Part shown: positions 37,006 through 54,339 of the stretch, piece after piece
Layout: each line of letters begins with the position of its first letter
Numbering within the stretch: the first letter of the stretch is position 1
Source: the human T2T-CHM13v2.0 reference genome, Homo sapiens
Length of the DNA stretch: 64,000 nt
Assembly (NCBI RefSeq): GCF_009914755.1
Contig: NC_060928.1
Direction: 5' to 3' (one strand)
Made by a program: the position numbers and the translations under genes
The notes under the pieces: model-generated
Seen by the model: only the letters and a program-made list of their open reading frames with translations
Databases searched by the model: none
Told to the model about the DNA's origin: nothing

Positions 37006-37417
37006 AAAATGAGAATTTTTATATATAAATCTTTGTCCATCCAATGATGCTTACAATGATGTTTATAATTAGAAAGATGACATAGGTGAAGTTTTCTCAG
37101 ATTCTTTACTTTGTTGTTTGTCTTCCTGTGTGACTTTCTCCCACTTCTTTGCTAATATTTTAGGTGGATAGGGAGAGATATGAGAAAGGGAAAGGGTTAA
37201 ATCAAATAAATGTTTTATTATCTTTGAATTATATTTATATATGCCTTTCCTGTCCTTCATTACAAAGTGATCTAGAACTGCTGTTAAGTCATTATTAGTT
37301 CTCTAATTTTACCTTATGCATAAAAAAATTTTTCATTTTATTGAGGGAAGAACAAATGCAAAAGAATCCTAACATTATCTGTAACCTACAAAAGCAGCTT
37401 CTTGACTCTTCTTGACT

Positions 37418-37732
<315 letters not shown>

Positions 37733-38869
37733 TGACTCTTTTCCTTAGACATAGAAATTCTGAAAAGCATCAACCTTTTTTTACCACAGTGAAAAAAAAA
37801 GATGAGATTTATATCTCAATACCATGAATGGTTTATATAATAATATATGAGTGGATAAATAAACATCCTTTTCTACAGTCTTCTCCTTTAAACTTTGGCT
37901 ATTAGAGTCAGAATGCTTCAATTGCAGAATTCTCACTTGAGCAAAGTTTTTGTATAACATTATTCATATTCTTGGCCTTGGATAGCAATTAAGTCTCTCA
38001 AGTCTAAAATTGCTTTGTTTGCTTTTTAAAGAAATCTGCCCACCTTACAGACCTACAAGTTAACTAACCAGCCTGTTTTTCCCCCAAGAGGACTTCGCTC
38101 TGTTGGTTTCTTGCCAGTTCTTACTTTCAAATTGAAATAGTTCAGTTTCACTGTTTCTAGAACATAGAATTCATTACCCATGGATTTTTGCCAACAATGT
38201 CCCTCTCATGTTTTTTAAAACTAAGATGAATGTTACAGAGTGACCTAGTGGACTGGATCCACGACTAGAAATCAGGCAGTGATATATTAGATGTGTGCGT
38301 GGATGCTCCATTCTGGGTAGTGAGGTGGCTAGGGGGATGGGATTCTGGGAGGGTGAGGAGGGCATTCAGGGTGAAGCCTTCAGGACTAGAGTGGAGAAAT
38401 ATGTGTGAGAGATTAGGTAAGATTTGACATATGTGAGGCAAGACTTAGATTCTTCCCTTGCCCTCAGGTCCCTGGCGGGTCGCTACCACAGATAGGGCAC
38501 AGTCATTTATTCCTTTTGGTCATTTGGGTAGAAAACAGATAGCCAGGTGACAGAGAATATTTATAAAGGGCTCTAAGAAGAACCATTCCTCTGTTGTTTC
38601 CATTTTCTCTTGCTACGTCTGCAGCTCTGCTTATCCCTCTGTTTCTACTAGTCCTGAAAGGGCATGCCTTCCTGCAACAGAACAGAAATCTCAGGAATGT
38701 ATACATCAGCATAACCTATGGCCAACATGAATTTTTCATTCATGTGGCTCTGTTGAATGAAATAACGAAATTCCTTTATCTTTTAGGTTACTTTCTAAGT
38801 ATTTTTAGGTTACTTTCTAGGAATATGTTAGTGTTTAAATATTTTTCTCTTCTGATTTACTATATATAT

Positions 38870-41150
<2,281 letters not shown>

Positions 41151-41344
41151 AGTAGGTGTTTAGATCCTGCTTGACATGTCTCATGTCTGAAATAAGCCTT
41201 AGCATGTGGAATTCTTTCTGTCCTCATTTTTTCCCTCAAGCATCTACTGAGTGCCAACTATGGCTCAAGTCACTGATACCAAATCATGTGTACAATTCCT
41301 CATTAGATAAATATTTCAGACTTTGCAATGAGTCAATTGAGTGA

Positions 41345-41585
41345 TGTACTTCAGGGCGTGGCCTTTGGAACCCAACTAGCTTGGTCAAACCTGGTGCCAC
41401 CTCTCAGCAGCTTTGTGATCTTTAGCAAGTTACTTAATACCTCTGAAACTCAATGTTTCACATCATTCACATCTCGATGAAAATAATAATACCTACATCA
41501 CAGGATTGTTGTGAGAAGTAAATGAAACATTATGTGTAAAATGCTTAGCACACTGCCTAGCACATACATAGAAAACATTCAATAA
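41345..41585 (+). mobile_element. MIR
   Basis: gcaagttacttaatacctctg...aaaataataatacctacatcacaggattgttgtgaga. Confidence 0.8.
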
Positions 41586-42107
41586 TTTTTAGTCCTCCTC
41601 CTTCCCATCCCCCCATGCAAAGATTTTTCTGGATACCTTCCCCAACTCATCATCTGCTTCCCCAGAGTCTCCAATTCTTTCTCTCTACTTCTGGTCTTAA
41701 TTATTCTACTTCTTTTATTAAACAACATTCTCAACAGACTTTGGCATTTGATAGGATTTCCTATCTCCAATTTGTTTGTGGTATTCTTATATGTGTCAAA
41801 CTATCTTTGTTTCCTGTATGTGTTATGTATCTCACCAACGACATATCTCCTCAAGGGCATGCCATGGCCCTAGTCTTCCATAGAGTCCAGCTCTATGTTG
41901 GGCAAGTGGCCCCTAATACACTGACAGTGGAGAATCTAAATTAAAACATTTTGTAGAAATGTTTTTGTAGAAAGCAATTTTTCAACTTCTGTGGAAAGCA
42001 ATTCAGCAAAATGAATCCAAAACATTGAATACTTTGACCTAGTAATTTACCTTTTTCAGAATCCATCCTAAGAATGGTCAGATACTTGAATAAAAAAATT
42101 TATATAT

Positions 42108-42809
<702 letters not shown>

Positions 42810-42883
42810 TCAGGGTAAATTCCATTTATAGATGGAATATTATACCATCAGTACAATTCTGTAGCTATAAATGCTGGGTAAGG

Positions 42884-43421
42884 TGTCAGAGCCCCGACAT
42901 TGGGAAGTGGCGGACTAGCAGGTTGGTAAAAAGAATGTACCGACAACAGTATAGGTTTGAAAAAGGAAAGTTTATTAGAAAGAAAACACTGCAGAAGAGT
43001 GTAGCTGAGTGCCTCAGCAAGAGGACTGAGTGCAGTGGTGGATTTTTCCTTAGGAGCATTTATGGGTAATTTGGACCACATTAGCCATGTAGGTCATGAT
43101 AGATGATTCCATTTGTAGACATTTTGGTGCCTTAATGTCAGCAAGGCTTGCACAACGAGTTTTGGCATGGCATTCTGGAGATGTATAGAAATTCTAGTTA
43201 CTTATAAATTTTTTTGAGGGAAAGAAATCTGAAACCAGATGCCTGCTTTAGATAATAAGGAAGTCGAATTACTTCTAATTTTCCCCAGAGAAGGAGTTTT
43301 GCCTCTGGATGGCCTGTTTGATAGTCACCAGGTGGTGTTTGCTCCCTTCTAAATTCCCCAGGTAAGGAGTTTTTGTCTCCCGGGCCTGTTCAATGGCCAC
43401 CAGGTGATTTTGCTCTCTTCA
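42884..43421 (-). mobile_element. Solo ERV1 LTR (LTR19-like)
   Basis: TG...CA termini; flanks gtaagg/ataagg; minus-strand AATAAA near 42971; internal ~70-bp repeat (aaggagttt...ggcctgtt...caccaggtg). Family name from memory. Confidence 0.75.
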
Positions 43422-43677
43422 ATAAGGATATACACTAAAGCACTCTTTATACTAGCAAACATGTAGAAATAATCCCAAAGCCCAACCCTATGGATAAATT
43501 AAACTGTCACAAAATAGAATTACAGTATAATCACATTTGTTTTAAAAAACTTAGGTACATATGGATGCACTTACACAAACATACAAAAACCAGGAAAAAT
43601 ATACAACAAAATTTTAGTGGTGATAGTCTGTGACTAAAAGATTTTTGGTGATTTTCATTTTAAGTATGGCTTCTTTA

Positions 43678-43988
<311 letters not shown>

Positions 43989-44084
43989 TTTATTACTTTT
44001 GCCATAAGAAAACAAGAATGAAAGTTACAATCTGTTTTTAAAATAGTGTTTTAGAGACTATTTAATTACATGGATATAATGATC

Positions 44085-45840
44085 ATTCATCTCATTCAAA
44101 ACATTTATTAAGTGCCTACCAACTGTTAGGCCCAATGCTAGGGACACACGGAGGGCACAATTAACAAAATCTTTGAATCACAGATAGTCTAATGAGGGAT
44201 ACAAAAAATTTACAAAACAGTGAGAGAAGTGACAATACAGGTATAGTGCTGAGTGTCATGGAAGCATAGAGAAGGGTGGGAGTTAGGGAGGTAGGATAAG
44301 GTTTTTTGTTGAAACTTGAATGAGCCCAAAGAAACATTGTAAATAGGGAAGAAATACCCAAGCTTAGGTAGGGATAAGCATTTTCAAAATTTCTCAAGGG
44401 ATTCCATGAAGAAAAGTAAACAGGCATGGGACTGGAGGAGAGTTTGGAAGGAAGGCTAGCAAAAGTGAGTAGGAATCAGAAAATCAGTTCCGTATAGTCT
44501 ATGTTGCTGAGTTTGGACTTTCTATCCTTAAGAGTAAACAGGAAAAAAAAAAAAGGAAAAAAAAGGAATTAAAGGCTTTAAATGGGAATAGCATGATCAT
44601 TTATGATTCTGACAAATGACATGGACTTTGCTCTAAAAAGATCACACTAACTACTGAGTAGGAAATGATTTGGAGGAAGATAAGGCTGGAGGCAGGAAAG
44701 CCAGTTAGACAGCGGTTTAGGTCACTGAGAGGATGACCCTGTCTGTAGGGATGGGGAGATGAAACTTGATGTAGAAGTGACTTGATGATAGTTTGAATTG
44801 CTGACAGTAGTGGAGGAGGTGTCAGGGAAAAGCAAGAGTCAAGAATGATGTTTTGGCTCTCGGGTTGGCAATTGCGGATGGTGGTACCACTAACTGAGAC
44901 TGGAGACAGATGAAGAGGCACAAAGTGGGAGGGAAAATGAGTTCAGATTGGGAAACACTGAGTTTGAAATGCATGTGGGAAGTCTAAGGGAATGTTCGGG
45001 AGGCTTTTAGAGATACAAGTCTGAAAGTCAGGTGTGAAACTGGCTGTGTAGACATGTGTTTGGGGGGTCATGGGAGTAGATGAGATCACACAAGGGATAT
45101 ATGTAGAATTAGAGGATGGCTTAGGACAGAACTCTAAAGAAAACCAATGTTTAAGAGACTGAAAGTGAGAAAGAAAATGGACTCAAACCTGGTCTGGGAC
45201 AGAAATTTTTTGTGTGATGTAATTTACAACTCCTTCTGGGAAGCAATTAGCATTCCTCATAAAGTGCGTGAACAGTTTTCTGACAGACTTTAATAAGACT
45301 GAAAACTCCTTCTGGGAAGCTAGGGTTACCCACCCAGCTGATTGACTAGCCTAATAATCTTTAACCAGATGTTCTTTTTTTTTGTACCCATTCTAAACAT
45401 GGTTAGGGAACCATTCTTTTTTTTTTTTCTTATAAAATATCTCAACCAAAATTACTCCTTCGGTTGGATTTTTCAAAAAGCCTCTTTCTCATGTGCTCAA
45501 AACCAATTTGTCAGAAACACTACCTTAACAAAAAAGAAAAAGAAATCTGCAAGGGAATGAGCAGAAGCCAGAGAGGTAGGAGAGAAATCATCAGAATGTT
45601 GGTGTTATGGAAGCCAGGTGAAAATAAGAAAACAGGGCATGAATGGACAACAGTGTGAAATGCTGGTGAGAGTTCAAATAAAACAAGGATGAGAAATTGC
45701 CATGAGATTTAGCAATAAGAACATCAATGGTGATCTTGGCAAGAGCTGGGTGGGGTGACAGAGAGCATAAGTCAGATTTCAGTATATTCAAGTGTGAGCG
45801 TAGACCATTCTTTTAAAAAGTGTGGCTGTAAAGGGGAAGG
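44085..45840 (-). mobile_element. L2 (fragmented), interrupted at ~45177-45545
   Basis: cattcaaaacatttattaagtgcctac 3' end; gatcacactaactactgagt, tgagttcagattgggaaacactgagtttga, tggaagccaggtga typical of L2. Confidence 0.75.
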
Positions 45841-48134
45841 GGGCTTTTTTAGTGGGGAACATAAGTATATTTAAATGTGTTTGAGAAGGAGTGAGTAGGA
45901 AAAGAAGAAGGGACCTGAGAGAGAAGGGCTAATCTTGAGTTTGAGACCAGCATCTTGAGTTTCGGTGTCTCAGGGACTTGGGAGGGGAATCTGGGCACAA
46001 GTGGAGGGAAGGTCAGCTTCCCACAGGAAAGAAGAGCAAGGATGGGCCTGTAAGGAAGACTGTCTGCAAGTTTGGTGCCAGAAGCTGAAGCTGAAGGCAT
46101 TCTTGTTCATTGGCTTGTTACCTCCGTGATAGTGACGTAGGTTAGAAGCTCCAGTGAAAGTGCTGAGGCAGGTGGCAGGAGAATGCAGACTGAACTGACT
46201 AGGAAAACAGAGTGATTTCAGGGCATTGTGGAGGTGGGGGATAATGAGTGTATTCTGGAACCAATCAGCACAGATCTGTGACTTTCTCCAGTAGCTTAGA
46301 AGTCCAAATTCAGCAATGAAGAAGGCTAATATGTTTGAATTATTCTAGGACTGTCTTCAAGGAAACCATTGCAGCTTTGCAGCTTCCTTTGCCCATTCTT
46401 TAAATGTTTCTTTTTAGTTTCTAGCCTAGGCTCTGTTTTCTTCTCACTTTATGGAAACGTCCTATTGATCTCATCCACTCTGGTGGCCTCAGTTAATCTC
46501 TCTATGCTGATGGCTCCTAATCCAATATTTGCAACCCAGCCTTTCTCTCCAGTACCAGATTTCTTCTGGTTCCCATCTGCCTTCTGGGGCATCTTCAATT
46601 GGGTGTCTCCTGGGCACCTCAAATTGAACTCATCATATTCCCACTGTCTCCGAGAATAAAAGTAAACACTAGAAAGACAGGGGTGGATTTGTGTCTACCA
46701 TTATAGATCCTGAACTCAGTGCTCAATGAGCAACTGTTGGTTGAGTAAAAAAAGAAATCCACTCAGTTCTCTAAGCCACAGACTTTGGAGTCATCTTTTA
46801 CTCCAACTTCTCCTTCATCTCTGACATCTAACCCATCAAGTCTTATCTACATTTAAATATGTTTCGTGGCAGAAACACACACACTCCCTCCGACATGCAC
46901 ACACACACAAAAGTGAATTTTCAAGCAGTTTTAACACAGAAACTTAGCTGCTTTACCTCCTTTTTTTTGCTTCATTAACATTAGAACTAAACCAGTGGGA
47001 GAGTACCTCCCTCCCTGCTTCCTCTCCCGCCTCCCCACCAAGCCAGCTCTGCCTTAGAGAAAAGTGAACCTGGTTCTTCATTTGCTAATGATTTGGGCTC
47101 AGGTTATAATGGGCCATTAAGGTGAATTGTGGAAGAAAGTGGGGAAAAATGAAGCTTTCAGGTGGAGGGATAAAGAAACTATGGGGTGGTGACCCCAGGA
47201 TGCTAGGGAGTCCTGGGATCTGATCCAGGCCTTTTGGAAGAAGAGGGGTTGGAGCAGGACCCCTATGAGGGGCCCGAGTCCTCCCCACGCACCGTCAGGG
47301 AGGCCTCCTCTGCTCAGCCATGCTGCTTGAGCCTCAGCTCTGGGTGCTGGGAGAGGACTTGGATCCCCCTGTACCAGGACTTCCACCTACTCACTGCCCA
47401 TCAGGAGCTTTGCTTGTTTCCCCTACATGTTGCTTTCTGCCCCAAACACTGCCTCTGCCTTGTGGACACCCTCCTGACATGCCCCAGGGACTCTGTAAAC
47501 CCCAGAGACATCCCCCAGGTACCCCTTAGAGCAGCAGCTCCAGAACTGGGGGAGCTGGAGGCCTCTGAAGAGCTGAGACAGTGTTAACGATGCCCTCATC
47601 ACAGGGTGGTTTGTTTGCCTATCTGCACTCCACAATCAACAATGATAGTTCAGCCTGCCTTCAACTGTCATCTAGCCTCCTAACTAGGCTTACTCTCTCC
47701 AGTCTACAAACCCGCCGCCCTCCCAACCCATCCAGTTCCCTACCCTGAAGCCAAAGGGCTTGTAAAAAGTCAACATTTGGCCCCCATCCTCCTCCTCCTC
47801 ACCTGGCTGATGCCTTCGGGTTTCAGCTTTAGTGTCACTTATTTTTAGACTGACGTCTTCTCTGACCACCCTCTTCCCACCAGGCAGATCAGGTGTATGC
47901 TATATGCCTCCCCCAAACCCTGGAGTTTATTGAAATCACTTTTTAATATTTTCTACTGGCCCGTGGACAAAGAATAGGCCTACTTGCCTGTTTTACCTTG
48001 TCTCCAGTGCCTAGCCAGCCCTGTGCCTGGGACATACTAATTGCTTAACACATTTGTCTGAGGAATGAAGAAACATTAGACAAGAAAGTTCAGAAAACAG
48101 TTGGTTAGAGGTGGTAGGTGGGAGTGAGACCTAC

Positions 48135-48300
48135 ATAAGTGTTTTTCTGATTGAGTGTGGATCAGAACTACCAGGAAGGGTTGTTAAAACACAGATTGCC
48201 GGATCTCACTTTCTGTTTCAGTAGGTCTGGGGTGGGGCTGGAAATAATGCATTTCTGACAAGTTCTCAGGTGCTGCTGCTGCTGATTAGAGACCTTATGA
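48135..48300. mobile_element. MER5A
   Basis: atcagaactaccagga...ttgttaaaacacagattgc...tcagtaggtctggggtggggc...gcatttctgacaagttctcaggtg. Confidence 0.82.
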
Positions 48301-48329
48301 GTTACATCCGTTCTGTTGTTGGTAAGAAA

Positions 48330-48600
48330 AGGCTGGAGGGGTAGATCAGAGGACTTTCAGATAAAAAGAAGGGTAAGGTGGGATGTATAGACTTTGGAAA
48401 TCTGAAAGGTAGTGGTCAAAATGGGAGATACTTGAGTTTGATAATAAAGATGGCAGAAATTTCCAGTAGTTGACAAGGTCCAGGGAGAGTAGCTATGAGA
48501 ATGAATAGCCAAAGTAACCTGTGGAGGAAGGTATAATAACACAGAGGGGGTCAAAGACCTGAAATGCACAAACATTGCATAAAAGTATTTAATACCCAAA
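48330..48600 (-). mobile_element. L2 ORF2 (endonuclease region) relic
   Basis: gacaaggtccaggg...gctatgagaatgaatagc and gtggtcaaaatgggaga resemble the decayed THxxGHTLDLV...LSDH region. Confidence 0.5.
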
Positions 48601-49342
48601 TGGAAAAATTGAAAGATGTAAGTGAAAAGGAAGGATGTAAAATGGAATGTGTCGCATCATTCCAATTTTAGGAAAAATGCATAGAAAAAAGACCAAAAAA
48701 TGGACAATGTTTATAATAGTTATCCATATGGTTGAGTTTTATTACTTCATTTTTCTAAATTTTCAAAATTTCATTATCATGTATTCCTTTCATGATTAGG
48801 GAAGAGCTTTACTTATTTTGAACCTCCTCAGCTTTGGTCATTTCCATCTGGTGGAATTATCTCCTGTTATCCCATTTCATACTTACTTCTCTTTGACATT
48901 TTTACTTTCACTAAAAGTACGGAAATCAACAAAATTAAAACAACCAAAATGAAAAGCAAGCAAAGGAAAACAAAAAGAAGGGGAAGAAAGAATCTCAAGA
49001 AGAAAGTAATTTAGTTGGTACTGACACCAACAAGAAACAAATATTCCATATATTTGGAGGTTGTAATGACCTGCCTGGAGGAGCTAAAATGTTGTTAAGG
49101 ACTGGTGACTTCACCAACAGGTCAGACAAGGAATTCTAGTCCTAATCTCTTACCCTTCATCTCCTGTGTCACGGAGTTCAGATAGGTGTTGACTGTGGCT
49201 CTCAACTTTTCTTGTTCAGAATTATATGTACCATACATTAGGACAAGGGGTGTTAAAAAACAAAAAAGAATTATATGTCCTTATTCCTCTTTGAACTACA
49301 TCCCTCCCTCATACAATATTACTCAACAAAGTTAATAAAAAG

Positions 49343-49951
49343 TTATTATTATTATTTTTTTGAGATGGAGTTTCGCTCTCATTGCCCAGGCTGCAGTGCA
49401 ATGGTGCAATCTCGGCTCACCGCAGCCTCCGCCTCCTGGGTCAAGCGATTTTCCTGCCTCAGCTTCCCAAGTAGCCGGGATTACAGGCATGCGCCACCAC
49501 GCCTGGGTAATTTCTTTTTTTTTTTTCTTTTTTTTTTTGAGATGGAGTCTCGGTCTGTCACCCAGGCTGGAGTAGAGCGGCAAGATCTCAGCTCACTGCA
49601 AACTCCGCCTCCCGGGTTCAAGCAATTCTTCTGCCTCAGCTTACCAAGTAGCTGGGATGACAGGTATGCACCACCACGCCCAGCTAATTTTTGTATTTTT
49701 AGTAGAGACGGGGTTTCACCATGTTGGCCAGGCTGGTCTTGAACGCTTGACCTTGTGATCCGCCTGCCTTGGCCTCCCAAAGTGCTGGGATTACAGGCGT
49801 GAGCCACCGCACCCAGCGAATTTTTATATTTAGTAGAGATGGGTTTTCACTATATTGATCAGGCTGGTCTCAAACTCCTGACCTCAAGTGATCCACCCGC
49901 CTCAGCCTCCCAAAGTGCTGGGAATACAGGTGTGAGCCACCGCGCCTGGTT
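49343..49951 (-). mobile_element. Nested Alus: AluS (49513-49817) inside the linker of another AluS
   Basis: Right arm 49343-49512, complete Alu, then left arm 49818-49951; outer TSD taaaaagttatt. Confidence 0.9.
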
Positions 49952-50150
49952 GAAAAATAAAAAGTTATTTTTTATCATTTAGTTATTAGAATTATTTTTA
50001 AAAACAACAATCTAAGCCCTCTTTAGTAACAAGACATTTTTGGCACAAAATTCCAAAAAAATTAAAGTACATGCAAATAAACTTTTAGGATACAACCCAT
50101 TTTATCCAAGATTGCCCTTTTACAGTAAAAAAAAAAAAAATTCTTCTCTC

Positions 50151-50451
<301 letters not shown>

Positions 50452-51611
50452 TTATCTCGTTGGAATGTATACCAACTGACAGTGGTATTTGCCAGTAAGA
50501 ATTTCTTGCTCATTTCCCTAAAGGAATGAGATAATACAGGACTTTAGTGTATGCATCCCTTCATTTCAAATATGAACAATTCTGAATCTCTTATCAAGGC
50601 CTTATAATTCTTTACCTACAGAGAAGTAGATGAAATGACTAAGTAAACATTCAGAGGTTTAATCAAGTCTGGTTTCAAAATCAGGAATATGAATATAAAT
50701 ATCTAAATTTCTATTTCATAAAAACCCATTATTATGGAAGAAAATAATTAAACTGTTTATGACTACAGCAGAATGTACAGGATATATAGAATTGTAATTA
50801 TCACCACGAACAGGAAAGACAAGAATCTTGATATTTCTATTACACTGAGTACCTTGTAGCTATTTTGTTGAATGTCTTTTCATCTCTGATAATAAGGTGT
50901 GAATTAAAAAGAACTATTCCAGAGACTAGGAAATGATGATCCGGAATGATTTGGCAAGGTAAGACAGTAAGTGACAGAGTGGAATCAGAAACTCGCTTTC
51001 CTAATTGCCAGCTTAGTACTTCTTATTCTAGGCTGTATTATCTGTGCTGCCGCAAGGCAAACCATATCATTGCCTTTCCCATTTTAGAAATAGGTTGTAT
51101 AGGAGTTTCCTTTGTGGTCTGATGGCAAGAGACACCTATTATTTAAGAAATGCCAACTGCTGATCATTGATGACAAAATATTTTTACATGTTCCTTATGG
51201 ATTCAAGTTGTCCGCCATTTCTTCAAATAATCATCACGTTTCTAAGTTTGGTAAGAAAATCAGAAATGACTGAATGTTAAAGAGAAAGGGGCCTTAGGCA
51301 TTATTTTTCCTATCATCTCAGTGGGGAAACTAAAGCCCAAAGAGTCATATTGGGAGTTGGTGGGAGTCTCCTGACTTCTTGTCCAGGGCTATTTATAGCA
51401 CATAGCACTGTTTCAGTGGATGAGTATTCTGAAGCCACGGCATAATTGAGACTCTGTACATGGCACCTTCACTCATGTTCAATGTGTCAGTGTGGGGAGT
51501 TTGTGTGCCATTTTATCCCTTTATTTTTGTCATCCATTTTATTCAATACTTTCGTTGGTGCCTGATGTTTTTGATAGAAAAAGCAAATAAAAGAGTAAGC
51601 AGCAAATGTGA

Positions 51612-51912
<301 letters not shown>

Positions 51913-52678
51913 GACAAAAATTTTCTTAACATGAATGCGTGAAGTAAGGCTGTTTGGAATTTAGAAAAGTTGCAATTTTTGATGGAGAGAAAACCAAGAA
52001 GGAGTTGAGTGATGGCCGAGGGAGTGGACAACCTCCTACTGCCAGGGCCTCTACTCCTGAACTGTTATGAGGTTGCCTGATTCCTCTTAACAACCCTTCA
52101 GGTTAGGGGCCAGCTGTTAACTTAATTTTATTACCAGGGAAGAAACTGAGGCTCAGATAAAGTTCTTTTATCCCACAGGCACACAAACTGCTAACTGATA
52201 GAGCCAGATCCAGCCATGTCTGGCTACAAAGCCTGTGTACTTTAACTTCTACAGAGAGTATGTGCAAGGTGAACCAGTAAAAATAACAATAACAAGTGCA
52301 ATACTAAGAATAGTAATAATGATAGTTAACACAGTGCTTTACATGTGTGATCGCTTTGAACAGGATTAAGTGAACACATGAATAGGACTGGCAGGGAGTC
52401 TTTCTACTCTTCATTAGCGAAACAGGAGAGGACATATATAGTACTTAGGATTTCCACTGGCTTACTTTGTTTTCTGAAAAATAACTGAAAGGCTCAATTA
52501 GTTTTGTTTTGTCGCATTTATCAGATTATAACGTTCTGGATGTGGGTCTGGATGTGGGTAGTTGGGCTGGTGTGGGATTACATGAAATCAAACCTGATAT
52601 ATTCAGAAAGATTCTTCCGGTGGACACATATGCCTTTTGGGTTCGATATTCAATTTTGTAATTAGTGATCACTGTTCC

Positions 52679-52982
<304 letters not shown>

Positions 52983-53869
52983 TGAATGGGAGTTTTTAAT
53001 CCGTACTTTTTTCTTATTGAAGTTGAATGTCATATACCCCTCTATTTCCCTAGATGAATCCATGAAAGAAGTATGTTGCCCTCTATATGAAAAAGCAAGC
53101 TTGTCTTCTGCAGAAAATCAGTAACCACTCCTTTTTACACATAAATACCCCCAAATGAATCTCCGATGACTGATCTGATACTAGTCTGCAATTCTAGTTT
53201 TAGCATTAGGCTCACTCCTCATATTTGGGAGAAGATGTCCAATTCTGTAGTAATGTGTAACATAAAGTGGTGTCAATTTATAAATAATATCTTCTAATGA
53301 ATTAATGCTCATTTGCAATGATCACTTCCATACAAATTTAGGTAAAGATGTTATTCAGAATTGGATTCTCTCTATTTAAAAATGTCATCCTAATGTGCAA
53401 CTCCCTAAAACTGTTACTACAAACAACTATTTTGCCACTCAGCCTAAAAATAAAACCTTTCACCCAAATGACACATCTTAATAGCCATATTTTAATCTAC
53501 GTAATTTTAAACTATTCTGAAAGAATCCATTTCTAGATGTCAGACAAGAGTTGAAACTGGGACAGCAGTTTGAAGGGGCTAATTTAAAAACCCACTTCCT
53601 TGCTTGGAGACACCTCAAGAATTTCTAGGCTCACAAGGTGGGTGAAGTAAGGAAAGAGACTAAGAGCTGAACAGTGCCGTTCTTTGCGAGCCCCCACTGG
53701 CGCAGGCTGAGCCGGCTGCGGCTAGGGCTGCGAAGAGTTAACGAGGGACCGAGCCCCAGCGCCGCGGGCTCCCCGCATGCTCCCTCCGCCCTCCCGTCCC
53801 CACCCTCTCGTTTTGGCAAGGGATTAAAGTGCTCCCCCCTGTGGCAGCAGTGACCCAGAAATGAGTTTG

Positions 53870-54063
53870 ATTCACATAGTCCTTCCTCCATAACAAGCCA
53901 AACGCCAGACCGAGAGTGCCTCCGTGCGCGAGTGCCCGGTGTGTGCGCGCCGGCGAGAGCAGGGGCCCGCCCGGCTCCCCGCCCGCCGCGGCCCGAACTC
54001 ATGCAGCTCCGAGCGAGCGAGCGGCGCCCAGCCCAGCGCCTCGGCCGAACCCCTCCGCAGCAG
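53870..54063 (+). other. JADE1: Putative non-coding first exon (5' UTR), probably JADE1/PHF17
   Basis: Ends at donor CAG|GTACGC (intron from 54064). The sequence ...GAACTCATGCAGCTCCGAGCGAGCG...GAACCCCTCCGCAGCAG is recalled as the JADE1 5' UTR. No coding exon in the window confirms this; start approximate. Confidence 0.55.
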
Positions 54064-54159
54064 GTACGCGCGCGGGCCGCGGGGGGCGCGCGGGGTGGGC
54101 GCGCCGCGCGTGTGTCCGCGCGTGTCCGCGTGTGGGTCCGTGTGCGCGTCCCGGTCCCG

Positions 54160-54189
54160 CGGCGGCGACGGCGGCGGCGGCGGCGGCGG
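54160..54189 (+). repeat. (CGG)2 CGA (CGG)7 trinucleotide repeat
   Basis: Read directly from the sequence. Confidence 0.95.
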
Positions 54190-54339
54190 CTGCAGGACGA
54201 GCCGAGAGGCTCAGCCATATTTGATGGTTTTGTTGCTTTGCTCGGGAGTTCTCGGGAGTAATTTAATGCCGAAGGTCGCTGCCTAGTGGAAATAATATAA
54301 TACGTCATTAATATGGCGCCAAAAGATTGGGTTCTCGAT

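Noticed and set aside
38465-38505. Possible CTCF site
   Set aside because: Only a partial match to the core motif.
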